Shown one piece after another: positions 25,041 through 38,952 of a DNA stretch of 64,000 nucleotides. The stretch comes from Eledone cirrhosa. Its lineage: Eukaryota. Where the stretch lies: NCBI GenBank assembly GCA_964016885.1, contig OZ024746.1, positions 19,220,001-19,284,000 on the forward strand. Direction: 5' to 3'. A program made the position numbers and the translations under genes. The notes under the pieces were generated by a model. It was not told the origin of the DNA, searched no databases, and saw nothing but the letters and a program-made list of their open reading frames with translations. Positions within the stretch are counted from its first letter, which is position 1; the number at the start of each line of letters is the position of its first letter.

Positions 25041-27075
25041 CATCAAAGAAACCTGACTTCACTATTAACAGGGAGCTGCTAATAAAATATTTATATCACT
25101 TCTCGCCATATCACAATATTTTGAACACAGTAAGAATTCAATCAGAAAGAATTATTTAACATTGTTACATTTGTGCTTCACAATGTTGGCCAACATCAGG
25201 TTTATGGAGTCAGTTATAGTTAGCAGCTCACCTTACAGAGGTGTCAGGTTTTGCTCATGAGGGTGCTTGGGTGTTCCAGCAGCTTAGCCTCTCCATCATC
25301 TATGATAATGTGAGCATGTTGGCTTTCCACAAAAAGTATTAGAAGGTTCCGACACCCCTTGAGGTATGTGACCGATTAACATACATTAGCGTTGAATTAA
25401 TATTTTCTTTCGTTTTGATTTTATAGGTTTATGTGAAATATTTATGTAATCAAATATTGTATATATTATTTATGTGTATTTATGTCATTCTGTAAGAATT
25501 CATAAACAATTTGTAATGTTATTTATACAATTATGAATAAAAATTTTGCTATAGTAAACTTCTTTTGTTTTAATAAATTGTAGGAAAACATACTGAGCTG
25601 ATTATTACAGAACTTGAAACCTTAAAACAATAGCGAGGGAGTGTTTAATGTGACTGACATTAAACACTCCCTCGCATAGGAAAATGAAACCGGCTTTGTC
25701 AGCCCTGAACATACCGGTGTCTCACACTGCTTATATTTTAATGACATCGATTAAAAATGCCGTCTTTATGCAGTGTATTTCAGACAAGTCAATCCAACAC
25801 ATCAAGTATTATATGTACGATGATTGAATTCACAATAAACTCAAGCTCGTTAGTACTCCCACTGTCTATAGCTCTCAGTCTGGGTCGTTTGATAGTCAAA
25901 CGTTTACGATTTATAAACATTGCATCTTATATTTTTACAACTGAAACCATGTTCATCAAATGGTAAATTACACTTGATAGACACAGAAAATGATATAAAA
26001 TTGTTTAAAATATTGGTCAATAAGTAATGAGGACGCTAGTTGCAGGATCGGTCAGCACTCCAACGTTCTCAGATTTGACCAGCTGGTGCCTTCTTATCAG
26101 CGCTGGACTTACCTGTAAGCTAAATAAACTTTAATTTAAGGCCCCGGGGGGGGGGGGGGGGGGGGGGGGCTCATTAAAAAAAATATATTTTTATTTTATC
26201 AGTTTTTATTGTATAAAACTAAAGCATAAAAGAATTCTCTCTTTCCCCCTCTCTCTCTCTCATATATATATTATTCTTCATCATTGTCGGTATAAAAAAT
26301 ATTATATTTTAGAGAAGGGCTTCAAATTTCATAGATATCTTGGGCAGTGGCGGACTGGGTCTAAAAATATTGTTTTTCTTTTGGGGGGGGGGGGGCACCA
26401 ACATAATATAGAATACTATCATTTAATTTTTATAATGAATAAATAACATTTTCGAAAAATACATAAGTGGAAACAAAACAGTGCAATAAAATTTTTGCAG
26501 AAAAATATTACCTTCTCCAATAAAAAATATGTATTTTGCGAAATTCAGAGATTTTTCAATAATGACCAGAAGTCGACTTTAAATATTACTAATACCGCTA
26601 GGAAAGCCACATCTTTTAAAAGTAGGTTTATGATTATCAATTTTCAAAAATACAGTTGTAGCTGCTTCGGTGGCCCAATAGGGGGAATCATAGACGGTAG
26701 TGACCCTGGTCTGAAGTTCGATCCTGGTTGGGAGTAAGGTTTCCGGTAAACTTTTTCAGTTTTTAGTTTACAACCTCTTGACCAGGATTGAACCCAAGAC
26801 CAGGATCTCCATCTCTTAGTACCTACCGCAAGGCCAAAGAGACAACTACTAACATCTTATGAAAATTAATTCTTATAAACTTACCATCAACATTTTTAAA
26901 ACAAAGTGTTATGGTGTCGTTCGTATCTTTCTTAATGTTATTACTCCTACTTAAGGTTGACTTCTAAATCAGTAGGCACAGTGGTGCCAGTTCTATATTT
27001 TACCAATTAGCTAATTTAAAAAAAATTTTTTTTTTTTAGAAGTTTCAAAGATGTTATCAGCTTTATTTCATAAAA

Positions 27076-28395
27076 TTTTTTTTTTTAAAGGCTATATTCT
27101 TTTATTGTTGCAATATTAAAGAAAATGTAAAGGAAGTGGTGAACAACCGAGCCAACACCAGAGCAAAAGACAGCAGCGTCGCAAGGAGTACCGGGCAACC
27201 TCGCTAATGATTTCTGAGGCAAGCCATCAGACTTGCAGCATTGCCTCGGGTGATGGCGAGGCTAATGCGCTGGAACAACCAAGCGCCCTCGCGAGATTCG
27301 TCAGTTACCTCTATTAGGCGAGCCGGCAGTGAAGAGAGGAACCTCGCAGTCAGCGGCCCGACTCCCTCAAACGTCTCGAAAGCCACAGGCTGAAAAATGT
27401 AGCTGGCCGACAGATCACAGTATTTGAGGGTCTTACTCCGTTCGGTTGCGGAAGCTGTAGCTCTCGTCCTAACCCCACATCCAGGATGTGGGAAGAAGCA
27501 AGAGAGTCACTAGCAGTGACGTCCCAGACAAGGCACCTGCCTCTCGACCAGGGGAACAGGGTAAGGCCGTCAGGTCTTTTGCCGTCACTTCTGGACAACC
27601 CAGATTGTTCTAAGATTAAGGGGATCTTCGCCCGGGCCAAAGCTGTCTTGAGAATGAGGTTTAGCTCCATGTGACGTGCAAAGCAGCCGGCATTCAGGCA
27701 GCAAGAAAGACCGTGGAGGCCTGTGGAGTCGAGGAGTTTGCCGCATCGGCACCTCAAACCAAGACAGACGTCAGCTCCCACTGAGGGCGATGGAGACACG
27801 AAGTTCGTCCAGGCTGAGTAGGCCACCAACGTTGGCCATGGATAGGCCATCAACCCAGTCGCCTGAGTATTTGGCTCTTGCAGATAGTAAGCGACACCTT
27901 GCAAACCGATCCGACTGGACGAAGAGGGAGTCGAAGGTGGCCTTCGAACTTACGCTGTCCCAAGTTCTCTGACTTCGACTGTCCTCTACCTTCTCAGGAA
28001 GAGACAAGCCCAACTCACTCCACTGCTGGAGAGCTTCACCCAACTCCCTGTTGGAACTAGTCCATGCTGGAGAGGAGAGGATGCTGCTCACCAGGGTGGA
28101 GCAAGTGTGGGTGGGGGAAAGGAAGCAGGAGAGAGAGAGAGAGGGATGAACACTTACGAAGACCAAGACCTCCAAATCGCTTGGGCAACGCAGCCTGATC
28201 GCGGGACTCTGGAGAGAGTCTAACATTGACCAGGCACTCGAGTCGTCGAAGCGTTGGAGGCACGACGGAAATTTGTGAGAGGGTCTGACCCTGCGCAGAT
28301 ACAGAAGCTTAGGAATAGACAGGTAGTTCCTGAGTATGAAGAATTGATGGGGATCGATAACTTCAATTTACACGGTTGCGTCAAACAGGCGCACT
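27076..28395 (-). mobile_element. Second, divergent 5'-truncated CRE-clade retrotransposon
   Basis: PHQFFILRNYLSIPKLLYL, QAALPKRFGGLGLR, QRTWD, YSGDWVDGL, CRCGKLLDSTGLHGLSC...RHMELN, GLSRSDGKRPDGLTLFPWSRGRCLVWDVT, AFETFEG, WLFQRISLAITRGNAASL (stop at 27204). AATAAA and A-tail at about 27076-27106 on the minus strand. Confidence 0.85.
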
Positions 28396-28435
28396 TCTGA
28401 ACATATACATAAAAAAATCATTTGTTGTCGCATAA

Positions 28436-28962
<527 letters not shown>

Positions 28963-29129
28963 CATCCGCGTTTAATGATTTATTTTTTCCTTTTCCGAAA
29001 AGATTACAAACTCCAGAGAATGAAAATCAAAATCTAAAGTGCTATTTCAATAGGATTTAATCAAGTTTCCTGGTATCGTTATTCAATTAAAATTCCAAGG
29101 TATAACTTTTTTTTTTTTTCTGAACAAAT

Positions 29130-29400
29130 AGGAGAGCACAGCTCCGATACTATGGGTATGTGGTTAGAATGATTCAGGAAAGAATCGCTCGACAGTCTTT
29201 ACGAGCAAAACCAGCCGCCAGGAGACCTAGGAGTAGACCCTGAGCAAGATAGTTGGATAACATTCATGAGCTCTGCTGGTCTCGCTTGGGGATCCAGTAA
29301 GACCAATTGGAGACAGTTGCTTCTGACAGGACGCGCTGGAATGAGTATTTGAGGACTCTTCCCCCTCCCAGCAATAAATGGGCGAAGAAGAAGAATAGAA
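29130..29400 (+). mobile_element. RTE-like LINE 3' end
   Basis: QLRYYGYVVRM.QERIARQ....RRPRSRP...DRTRW, with a (GAA)n tail. Confidence 0.75.
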
Positions 29401-32237
29401 TTAAATTTGTATGATAGATCAATATACAAAAATATTATCTCAATCCCGTAATTATGGAATATTAAGAACTAAATACTTTGCCAGCACGAAGAAGGAAAAG
29501 GCAAAATTATAAAAACTAATTTTTAAAAATTTAATTCCGCCAACAGTTTGTCTTTACGAGCTCGTGGCAATGTTCTAGACACATTAAAAGACATTTTTAA
29601 AGAGAAATATATGAGTTTTTATTGTTATATTTGGAGAGGGTCATCTTGTCCTAATATCAGCGAGTATGTTTTGCTATTTTTCTTTCTGGCTATATTAAGA
29701 CAACATGACCCTCTCCAAATATAACAATATCTGTTTCAACACACGATTTCATATCAAAAACCTTGCAAAACAAATATATCTCCTCTAATTTGTGTAACTT
29801 CACAAAAAGGAAAAGTTATTTTTAGCGAATTGAGTTGAAAAAACTATTAACTTTAATTTAGAAACGAAATCAGTAAATTTGTAAAAAAAATAATTACCAC
29901 GAAATCTATAAAGTATTTTAAGTAAATGTCTCAGCATATTTTATATTAGATAAAACATCGAGCCCGGTTTTCTTTTTAAATTAAAAATAGCAACGCCCTT
30001 AAATTAATAAGGTCTACTATCGAATACCAGCAATTTGAGAAGGGAAAGTCGATAAAATCGAACCAGTGCATTACTGGTACTTTATTTTATCGGCCTTGTA
30101 AGGATGAAAGTCAAAGCTAATCTCGGTGGGATTTGAACTCAGAACGTAAAAGGCCGTAACTCTACCACGAAGCATGGTGTCCGACGTTCTACCGATACTT
30201 TATTCTTCATTTTCGGTAAATCACTTATTTAAAATTTAATTGACTTAAAATTGTGATAAATCTAACATGTTGATAATTGAGGGAAAATGAAAAAGTTGAT
30301 TCAGCAATAAGAATCTATTACACGTAATAAACAAACAAAAACAAAAAACAATATAATTATTTGTAATTATGAAAATTGGTTTATCGTGAATTTTTTTTTT
30401 TTTTATTTTAGTAAAAACAGGGAAATTCTGAAAACGTGGAAAAATGTGTTGTCACTTTGTTTGAATAAACTACAATTTAAAAAGTCCTTAATAAATTCCC
30501 AAGCTGGTGAGCGTGTTTTACAAGATTGTTGATGTGAAATCGTGTGTTGAAACCGATATTGTTATATTCGGGGGTGGAAGGGCAGTATTGTCAGTATTGC
30601 CAATAATAATAAACACACACGCATCATACGACTTTTACTTTTTCACTTTATTGTTACCAGTTATTGGTTAAATCATCAAACTAACCAATAACTAGAATAA
30701 AGAGAAAAATGATGGTATGCCTGTTTTTACTTATTATTAATATAACAATATATATATATAATTATTATAATAAACGAGTATAGCAATATCTCTTACCTGA
30801 CATAGTTGAGTCTTCTTATATGCTATTATATAATTGATAGTTAAATATCACACACAAGAGAATATGAGAGACGTGGTTTTTCACTGAGCTACTCTAGACG
30901 GTCTTGTTTCCGCAGTGATTGAGTGCAATATTGACAAATAGTTTTGACAGCTTTACACAGGAAAATTTTACTTGTAGTTCTGTCACTAAATAATCACACT
31001 ATGACAGACGACAAAAATTGCTTAGCTTTAGTTACACAACTATACCTGTCCCTCTCTTTACGTTTATTTCTTATAGACTCGTCCAACACCTTCGGCTTAA
31101 GTTTTCAGTTGAGCATATCTGTTTCAGTGCGTGTTTATATGTGTGAGTTTATTATACACATACATTTTAAGCCTTGCAATCTTTCTCTCAACGGGCTCTT
31201 TCCACGATTCTCTCTGTATTTTCCCCGCCACACCCCACTAACAATATGTTGCTTTTGTTACTGAATTCAAACAGTCTCAAACAAAATTCTCCTCACCGTT
31301 TCACATTATAATAAAATGTCCCGACTGCAAACAGGTTTGCCAAGCTGATAATATATATATATATATATATATTAAATCAATCTGTTTTAACCTACATTAC
31401 TGATCGTGAACAAGAAAAGGTAACATAGTATTGCATCGTAAAACACAACCACCATTTGTATGTTATAGGTAGAGAAGTAGATACTGCAGTAATTACTACA
31501 TGGACGAATTGATTGTTTTTGGTAGTGCCTGACCATTGTGACGCCTCTCTGTTCTAAAGTGAACCCGTGCTATGTCGTTAGAGCGGTGGATGAAATACCT
31601 GAGGTATTTAATTAAGCCCATACCAAGCTCAGTTTCGATTTTGATTCTTCTCAGAATGATGAAATTATTTACCAGTGAAGTAGTTTAGTCTTTTTAATGT
31701 TCTTATAAAGTATCTTCTTCGTGATTAGAATTGTAAAGAAGACGACTATACTTTTCTTCTCACTCTGCTGAAATAAATACCAGTAATATCCTGTACTCAA
31801 TTTAATAGACTTAACTCAGTCAGCAACAAATGAAATCAGGCATCTCACAACCACACTTAGCTCACGAACGTATCCATTTAAAAAAAAAAAGAGAGAGAGA
31901 GGGAGACCTAGGGCTCTGTTGACATACTACTGGCCTGATATCACTTCTGGCTCTTAACCCACCACACTACACCCCCACCCCATCTTGATCTAGAGACACA
32001 ACTACAATTAAATAAATATACTTACTGTATATACTTGAATATAAGTTGAGGAATATGTGACTAAAAAAATCAATGGTAGAAGGGGGTTCATTATATTTGG
32101 AGTCAATATTTTGACAATTTTCACCAACTTCAAATTCTTTGTAAATAAGGTTTCGATTTTTGCCCATTTCTCAGACATAAAATAATGGGGTTGGCTTATA
32201 TTCAAGTATATATGGTATATATATATATATATATATA

Positions 32238-32670
32238 GGGTGGGTAAAATTCCCGAGATCCATGGACGAGTTCTCTCCAGTGGTCTCTGTCCCTCATTAT
32301 CGCTGCCATGTCTTGTGTCTCCAAGAGACCAGTGTCTGTTCTTAGGGCATCAACATATGTTAACCTTGGTCTTCCTCTTCCAGTGTGTCCATGCAGGGGC
32401 TCCCACAGGAGCACTGAGTGCAGTGTCAACTCTAGATGCTGGTGGGCATGTCCAGCTAACCTCAGTCTCCTCTGTGCTACTCTCGAGCTGACTTTTGGGA
32501 GGCTCCCGTACAGCTCTGAGTTCTTCATCCTCAGTGTATACTGATTAATGTTCAGAGCCATCCTCAGCAATCTTGTGTAGCACCCATCCTCCATCTGAGT
32601 GAGTTTCTTGGTCAGTGTCCAAGTCTCAGACTCGTACAGCAACACCGACTCCACTACAGCAACGAAGATG
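32238..32670 (-). mobile_element. RTE-like LINE 3' fragment inserted in (TA)n
   Basis: FVAVVESVLLYESETWTLTK..DGCYTRLLRMALN...RRLRLAGH...LLWEP.HG..GRGRP.LTYVD.L..DTG...DRDHWR. Open frame, with (TA)n on both sides. Confidence 0.88.
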
Positions 32671-32703
<33 letters not shown>

Positions 32704-32756
32704 AATATACATCTATCTACAGTTGAAAGAGTTAGCCTCACTCCCCCTCATGCCAT

Positions 32757-33026
32757 TTCAATAGATTGATTGATACCAGTCACATCCTAGGGTCAATAGA
32801 CTGATTGATACCAGTTACAATCTAGGGTCAATAGACTGATTGATACCAGTCACAACCTAGGGTCAATAGACTAATTGATACCAGTCACATCCTAGGGTCA
32901 GTAGACTGATTGATACCAGTCACAATCTAGGGTCAATAGACTAATTGATACCAGGCACAATCTAGGGTCAATAGACTAATTGATACCAGTCACATCCTAG
33001 GGACACTTAACTGATACTAGTCACAA
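32757..33026. repeat. 35-bp minisatellite, about 7 units
   Basis: agggtcaatagactRattgataccagtcacaWYct. Confidence 0.92.
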
Positions 33027-33141
33027 CACCATATCCCTTTCTCAATACTCTCACTAGTGACACCAGTCAACTTTCTTGGCTAAAAATAAAGTTCTATTTG
33101 CCCCCATAGGGTGAAGCTGTGTAGTTTCCTTAAATTGAGGT

Positions 33142-33900
33142 CCCTCAACTACCACACTGTGGCTACCCTACCCTCAACTAACACACTGTGGCTGCCCTAC
33201 CCTCAACTAACACACTGTGGCTGCCCCACCCTCAACTAACACACTATGGCTACTCTACCCTCAACTAACACACTGTGGCTGCCCTACCCTCAACTAACAC
33301 ACTGGCTGCCCTACCCTCAACTAACACACTATGGCTACTCTACCCTCAACTAACACACTGTGGCTGCCCTACCCTCAACTAACACACTGGCTGCCCTACC
33401 CTCAACTAACACACTATGGCTACTCTACCCTCAACTAACACACTGTGGCTGCCCTACCCTCAACTAACACACTGGCTGCCCTACCCTCAACTAACACACT
33501 ATGGCTACTCTACCCTCAACTAACACACTGTGGCTTCCCTACCCTCAACTAACACCTTGTGGCTGCCCTACCCTCAACTAACACACTGTGGCTGCCCTAC
33601 CTTCAACTAACACACTGTGGCTGCCCTACCCTCAACTAACACACTATGGCTACTCTACCCTCAACTAACACACTATGGCTGCCCTACCTTCATCTAACAC
33701 ACTGTGGCTGCCCTACCCTCAACTAACACACTATGGCTACTCTACCCTCAACTAACACACTGTGGCTACTCTACCCTCAGCTAACACACTGTGGCTACTC
33801 TACCCTCAACTAACACACTGTGGCTGCCCTACCCTCAACTAACACACTGTGGCTTCCCTACCATCAACTAACACACTGTGGCTTCCCTACCCTCAACACT
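33142..33900. repeat. 29-bp minisatellite, about 26 units, with a local 85-bp higher-order repeat
   Basis: ccctcaactaacacactRtggctRcYcta; a 29+29+27 trimer repeats three times at 33229-33483. Confidence 0.93.
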
Positions 33901-35957
33901 GTGTGGTGGTGGTGGTGGTGATGTGTTTAGATGCATTTCACCCATTGTTCTCCTCCGACATACCTTCTATCATTTAGTTCCGCACTGTTTGCTGTTTCGC
34001 GTATTACTTAATTGAACTTACACTGATATTTTCTGCTTTGGGTTAAATGTCATAGTGTGTTTGCTTTATCATGATTTGCTCATAAAAAACACTTTTCATA
34101 TATGCTGTGAGCCAGTGTGTTTTACAGTTTAAAAAAAAAAAAAAAATGTTGCTATGCCTAAATACTTTACAAGAGGAGCGACATTTGTCAAGTATCACAG
34201 GTAAATTAAGAATATATTTTAAGTCATTCACTCTTGAAATCTCTTAACTCTTTTAATACCAAACTGTCTGAAGCTGCCCCTGGTTCTTTAAAGTGTTTTC
34301 ATTCATCTAAAATCCTTCCATCACAATTCTATGTAAGAACCTTCGTTAAGTTATGTTCCAAACACCAGATTAATAGTGGTTTCTGATTTAGACACAAGGC
34401 CAAAATCTTTAGATTTAGACACAAGGCCAACAATTTTAAGATATTGAGATGGGACATGGATCACAAAAGGTTGGGAACCACTGCTCTAGAGAGATGCTTT
34501 GAATGAGCCTACCAAGGACAAGTAAAGGAGATATTAAACCAGATGATGATGATGATGCAAATAATAATGATTATAAGGATGGTGGTGAAGGTGGAATGGT
34601 ACATATACGCACACTGTCATATTTAAAGGAAGAGATTGTATGATCATATTTTCCCCAAGACTAGAACTGAACTGAATAAAACTTATAATTAAAACATTTA
34701 CATACTCAAAAATTACCTCTGTAAAAATATTGAATCTAAGTCTAAAGGCTGTCTCAAGCCCGGAGTCTCATCAGGCCGGTGATTAACCCAGTTTCCATGG
34801 CACTAAGTGATTGAGAGTACAAGACTCCCCACTGGATAGGATGCCAGTCCATTACAAAGTTAAACTCCCAGCTATTGCTGGTACATATTTTCAGCTGAGT
34901 ATAATGGGACAACATGAAATGAAGTGCTTTTGTTTAAGAACACAACACACAACCCAGTCCAGGAATCAAACCCATGACATTATGATCCTAAGTCCAACAC
35001 CTTTACCACTAAGCCACACACCTCCTGCAAAATATTGAAATCTTTCATATTTCTATTTGAACCTTTGACTATTGTTAAGTGAAGATCTTTTTTACATTTT
35101 TTAAATTCTTCCCTCACTGCTCCTGTATAAAGAAAGTTTCAATATCAGTCATGGAAGGTTGGTAACAAAGTGGTCAGCAAATATAACCTACTTAATTTAA
35201 ATGTCTTTTTATTTATTGTCTGATATAAAAGAGCTGATTAAATAAATATGTGAAAACTATTGTTGACTTTCACTTAAAGGAAGTAGTGGATGTCACACCT
35301 ATTTCATTTAATCACTGACAATAATTAGTCTATTTTTTTTATTACTTGATATTTAATAGATTCTAAATGAGCCTTATGTTGTCTAGATTATTACACATAC
35401 ACACATTTTGTCTGATACCTACCCATGTATATGTGTGTGGGTATATGTGTGTGTCTTATGAAGTAGCAAAGTGCTGGATGACTTGGAATTTGAAAAATGT
35501 GGAAATCCCAAATGCAGAAATAACTGTAACAGCAGCCAATTGCTATAAATAATAGCTTAGAAAAGTGGGTAAAATACCCCTAAATTCTTATACATGACAA
35601 AAGTGTCCAGCAACTGCTACCCTGAATCAAACTCCATATTTCTTGAATATTGTGTGTTAACCATTACATTAAGGCACTAATGACCACTGATAATTTATAA
35701 GATTTTGTTTATTTCCACATCTAGCCACTAGCTGTTTAGTATATCACCTTAATTAAGAGAGTAGCCTCTTAGTATAATGGTCAATGCACTCATATGGTAT
35801 TCCAGAGACAAGGAGTTTGATCCTCCTTAGCAGCTGCTGGCCACATTTTTCTATCTATAAAGTTATTTGGTTATTTTACCCAATTTTCTAAGCTATTATT
35901 TAGTGAGCAAATGTTGTTACAGTTATATTCTGCATTTTGGATTCCCACATTTTCATA

Positions 35958-35999
<42 letters not shown>

Positions 36000-38489
36000 T
36001 TAGTGCATGGTCCCGTAACTCATTATATCAGTAGAGGGTCGGACGCCATGCTTTGACGCATAGAGTTACGGCCCTTGCCATTCTGAGTTCAAATCCTGCC
36101 AAGGTTAACTTTGCCTTTCATCCTTACGGGGTCGATAAAATAAAGTACCAGTAATGTACTGGGTAATTGCTGGCCTTGTGCCAATAGTAGAAACAATTGT
36201 ATTCAAGTAACCATTTTATTCATCAATGTGTGTATAGAGTGTGATAAACATCATTATTTTAAAATTATTTTTAATCAACAGAATCAGTTGTAATTAAAAG
36301 GGATGGTGTCACTATAGTTGTTATAGTCATTCTAGTTGGTGTTATTTTGAGATACCACACCCTTCTCAAACAAGCTTAGAGTATTGTGCTAACTCAGTTA
36401 ACTTTTGTCTACATTTATCTAAAATGTCTAAAGTCTGTCTCGAGCTTGGAGGTTCATCAGGCCATGTCTTATCTCAGTTTCCATGGTGTGAAGTGACTGA
36501 GAGTACAAGACCCCCTCTGCCCTGGACAGGACGCTAGTCCATAGCAGAGGTAAACCCCCACTCCCACCATAGCTATTGCTGCTGGTACTCATTTTCAGCT
36601 GAATATACTGGAGCAATGTGAAATGAAGGGTTTTGCTCAAGATCACAACACACAACCCAGTCCAGGAATCAAACCCATAACATTATGATTGTAAGTCTAA
36701 CACACTTATATAGCTCCCTCAAAAGTTAAATATAGCAACTATATATCATTATCATTTTAACGTCCACTTTCCCTGCTAACAAGGATTGGAGGGGTCAACA
36801 TAGACCAAGTCAGTACTGAAGCAGTGGCTACTGCTCTCCCTGACAAGCCAGGAATCAGTACAGTCTCACATTCTACCAAGTACACAGAAGTTGTCATGTC
36901 TTTAACACAACTGAAGGGTCCTCCCAACCCTTTGTTTGGCAATAAAATCAAATATCAGCAACCATTGATCTTATTTAACAATACCCACAGTAACAAACAA
37001 TAAAACTAGAAACTAGATTCTGAATACAGGGAAATATAAAACTCTAAATTTATGACAAGACAACTTGTGTAGTACTTCACTATTTTTACCAGCTCTAGTG
37101 TATTTTCAGAGCAGCACTTTAGAAATATTAACAGAATTATGAATAAAGGCTGTAACAGCTCTTTAAAGTTGTTTTAAAGATTTGTCTCATAACACCAACT
37201 CCACAGATATTAATGGCCTAAATGGAAATATGTCATGTGTGAAGGGATTGTTGAGATAATACAATAAAAAAGTCACATACATGTGCAAACACACACACTC
37301 ATACATGCATAAAAACACACACACACACATACACATAAACACACATACATATACATATGCATAAACACACAAACATTGACTCTTTCTCTTCGTTACACAC
37401 AGTTAAATATTGGTATGTGCATATACATATTCACAAATACAGTCTCTCTCATACATGCTCTACCACAAGCACACATTCTCAATGACACATGCATCATCAT
37501 CATCATCATCATCATCATCAACGTTTAACATCCGTGTTCCACGCTTGCATGGGTTTGGACGGGGGTAGTCCCACTTGAGGCAAGAGTGATTGTCTTGCTC
37601 GCATAGGGCTGTCTGGCAGGTTTTCTACAGTTGGATGCCCTTCCTAACACCAACCACATTTACAGTGTGGGTCTGGGAGGTTTTTACCGTGTTGCCTACA
37701 CGGCCACATTACAGCGTGGACTGTGTGTTTTTTTGTCGTGACACCTACACGATCTCATTTGTTTCGGCCTGGATGGTGTGGCACCAACACAACTTTACAT
37801 AGAACGGGGTGGTGTGGATGGGGTGGGGGTGGTGGGACGGGGAGGGGGGGGGGGGGTATTTTGTTAGAGATGCCTACTGGCATATACACATAAAAACACT
37901 TACACACACACAAATGCAGTCTCTGGCTTTCTCGCACACAAATACCTAAGCATACACACATACATATCCACAAACATACATTCTCTGTCATCCATACAAG
38001 AACACACATACACACACACTGTCTCTCAATCTCTCCCACATATATATACCCTCCCATGTCCCACATGCCTTTTTTACACAAATATGCATGCACTCACACA
38101 TTCTCTCTCTTTCTCTCCTAGATACACACATATTATTATTGATCTGAATTGACAAGATCCCAGACCTCATTCGCTCACTGAGTGGGGGTGGAACTCGTCA
38201 GAGTGGACCAAGGAAACAATGCTTCCATTGGTCTTTCCATTGCTGATATTATCTACCAGTCACAACTCCTGGCAGGAGCAATGTGAAATAAAGCGGCTTA
38301 TTCAAGGACACAACACATCACCCAGCCTGGGAATCAAACTCACAACCTTACGATTGTGAATCCAATTCCCACTAAGCTATGTGTCTTGTCCTTAGAAAAG
38401 TACTATCTAATTAAGGTATCTAATTTGACACTTCATAAATTTGTTTTCTATGTCACTATAGTTTTTTTTATTATTATATTAACATCATC

Positions 38490-38952
38490 TCTATGTTCTT
38501 GTAGTGACTTCCCAGAAACTCTATGGCACTATTTGTTCCAATGTAGAAACTATCAATCTGAGAGAGAGGACATTTTGAAGTCAATCATTAAAAAACTACA
38601 AAGATGGGAGATACAATATATTGTCAAAGATCTACCAACTATAAACAAAATCTTTGAGTACATGGAGGTTATGAAAAGATTCAACAACAGAACCTTCAAG
38701 CTGCTTTACACCTTACCTTGCTTCCCATTTTTTCTTTATATTTTTTATGCTTATTTTGCCTCCAGTTGGCCTTCAATATTTAAATTTATTGTTTTATTTA
38801 TTTATTTTTCAATTTTATTTTTATTTTCACTTATCTCTGTATATCTTGTTTTTTATTTCTCACTGTAAGAAGTATTAAATACTTCCCCTAGTCTGTCACG
38901 ACTTACTGGCTCTATACGGACGTTAACATTAATTAAATAAATAGATAAATAA
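38490..38952 (+). mobile_element. I-group (I/Nimb-like) LINE 3' end with CCHC knuckle; partial copy on the minus strand at about 60120-60460
   Basis: CSCSDFPETLWHYLFQCRNY zinc-knuckle motif, T-rich 3'UTR and (TAAA)n tail. Confidence 0.65.

Noticed and set aside
38356-38868. 170-aa membrane-protein-like ORF
   Set aside because: Chimera of a SINE end, a LINE CCHC domain and a T-rich LINE 3'UTR.
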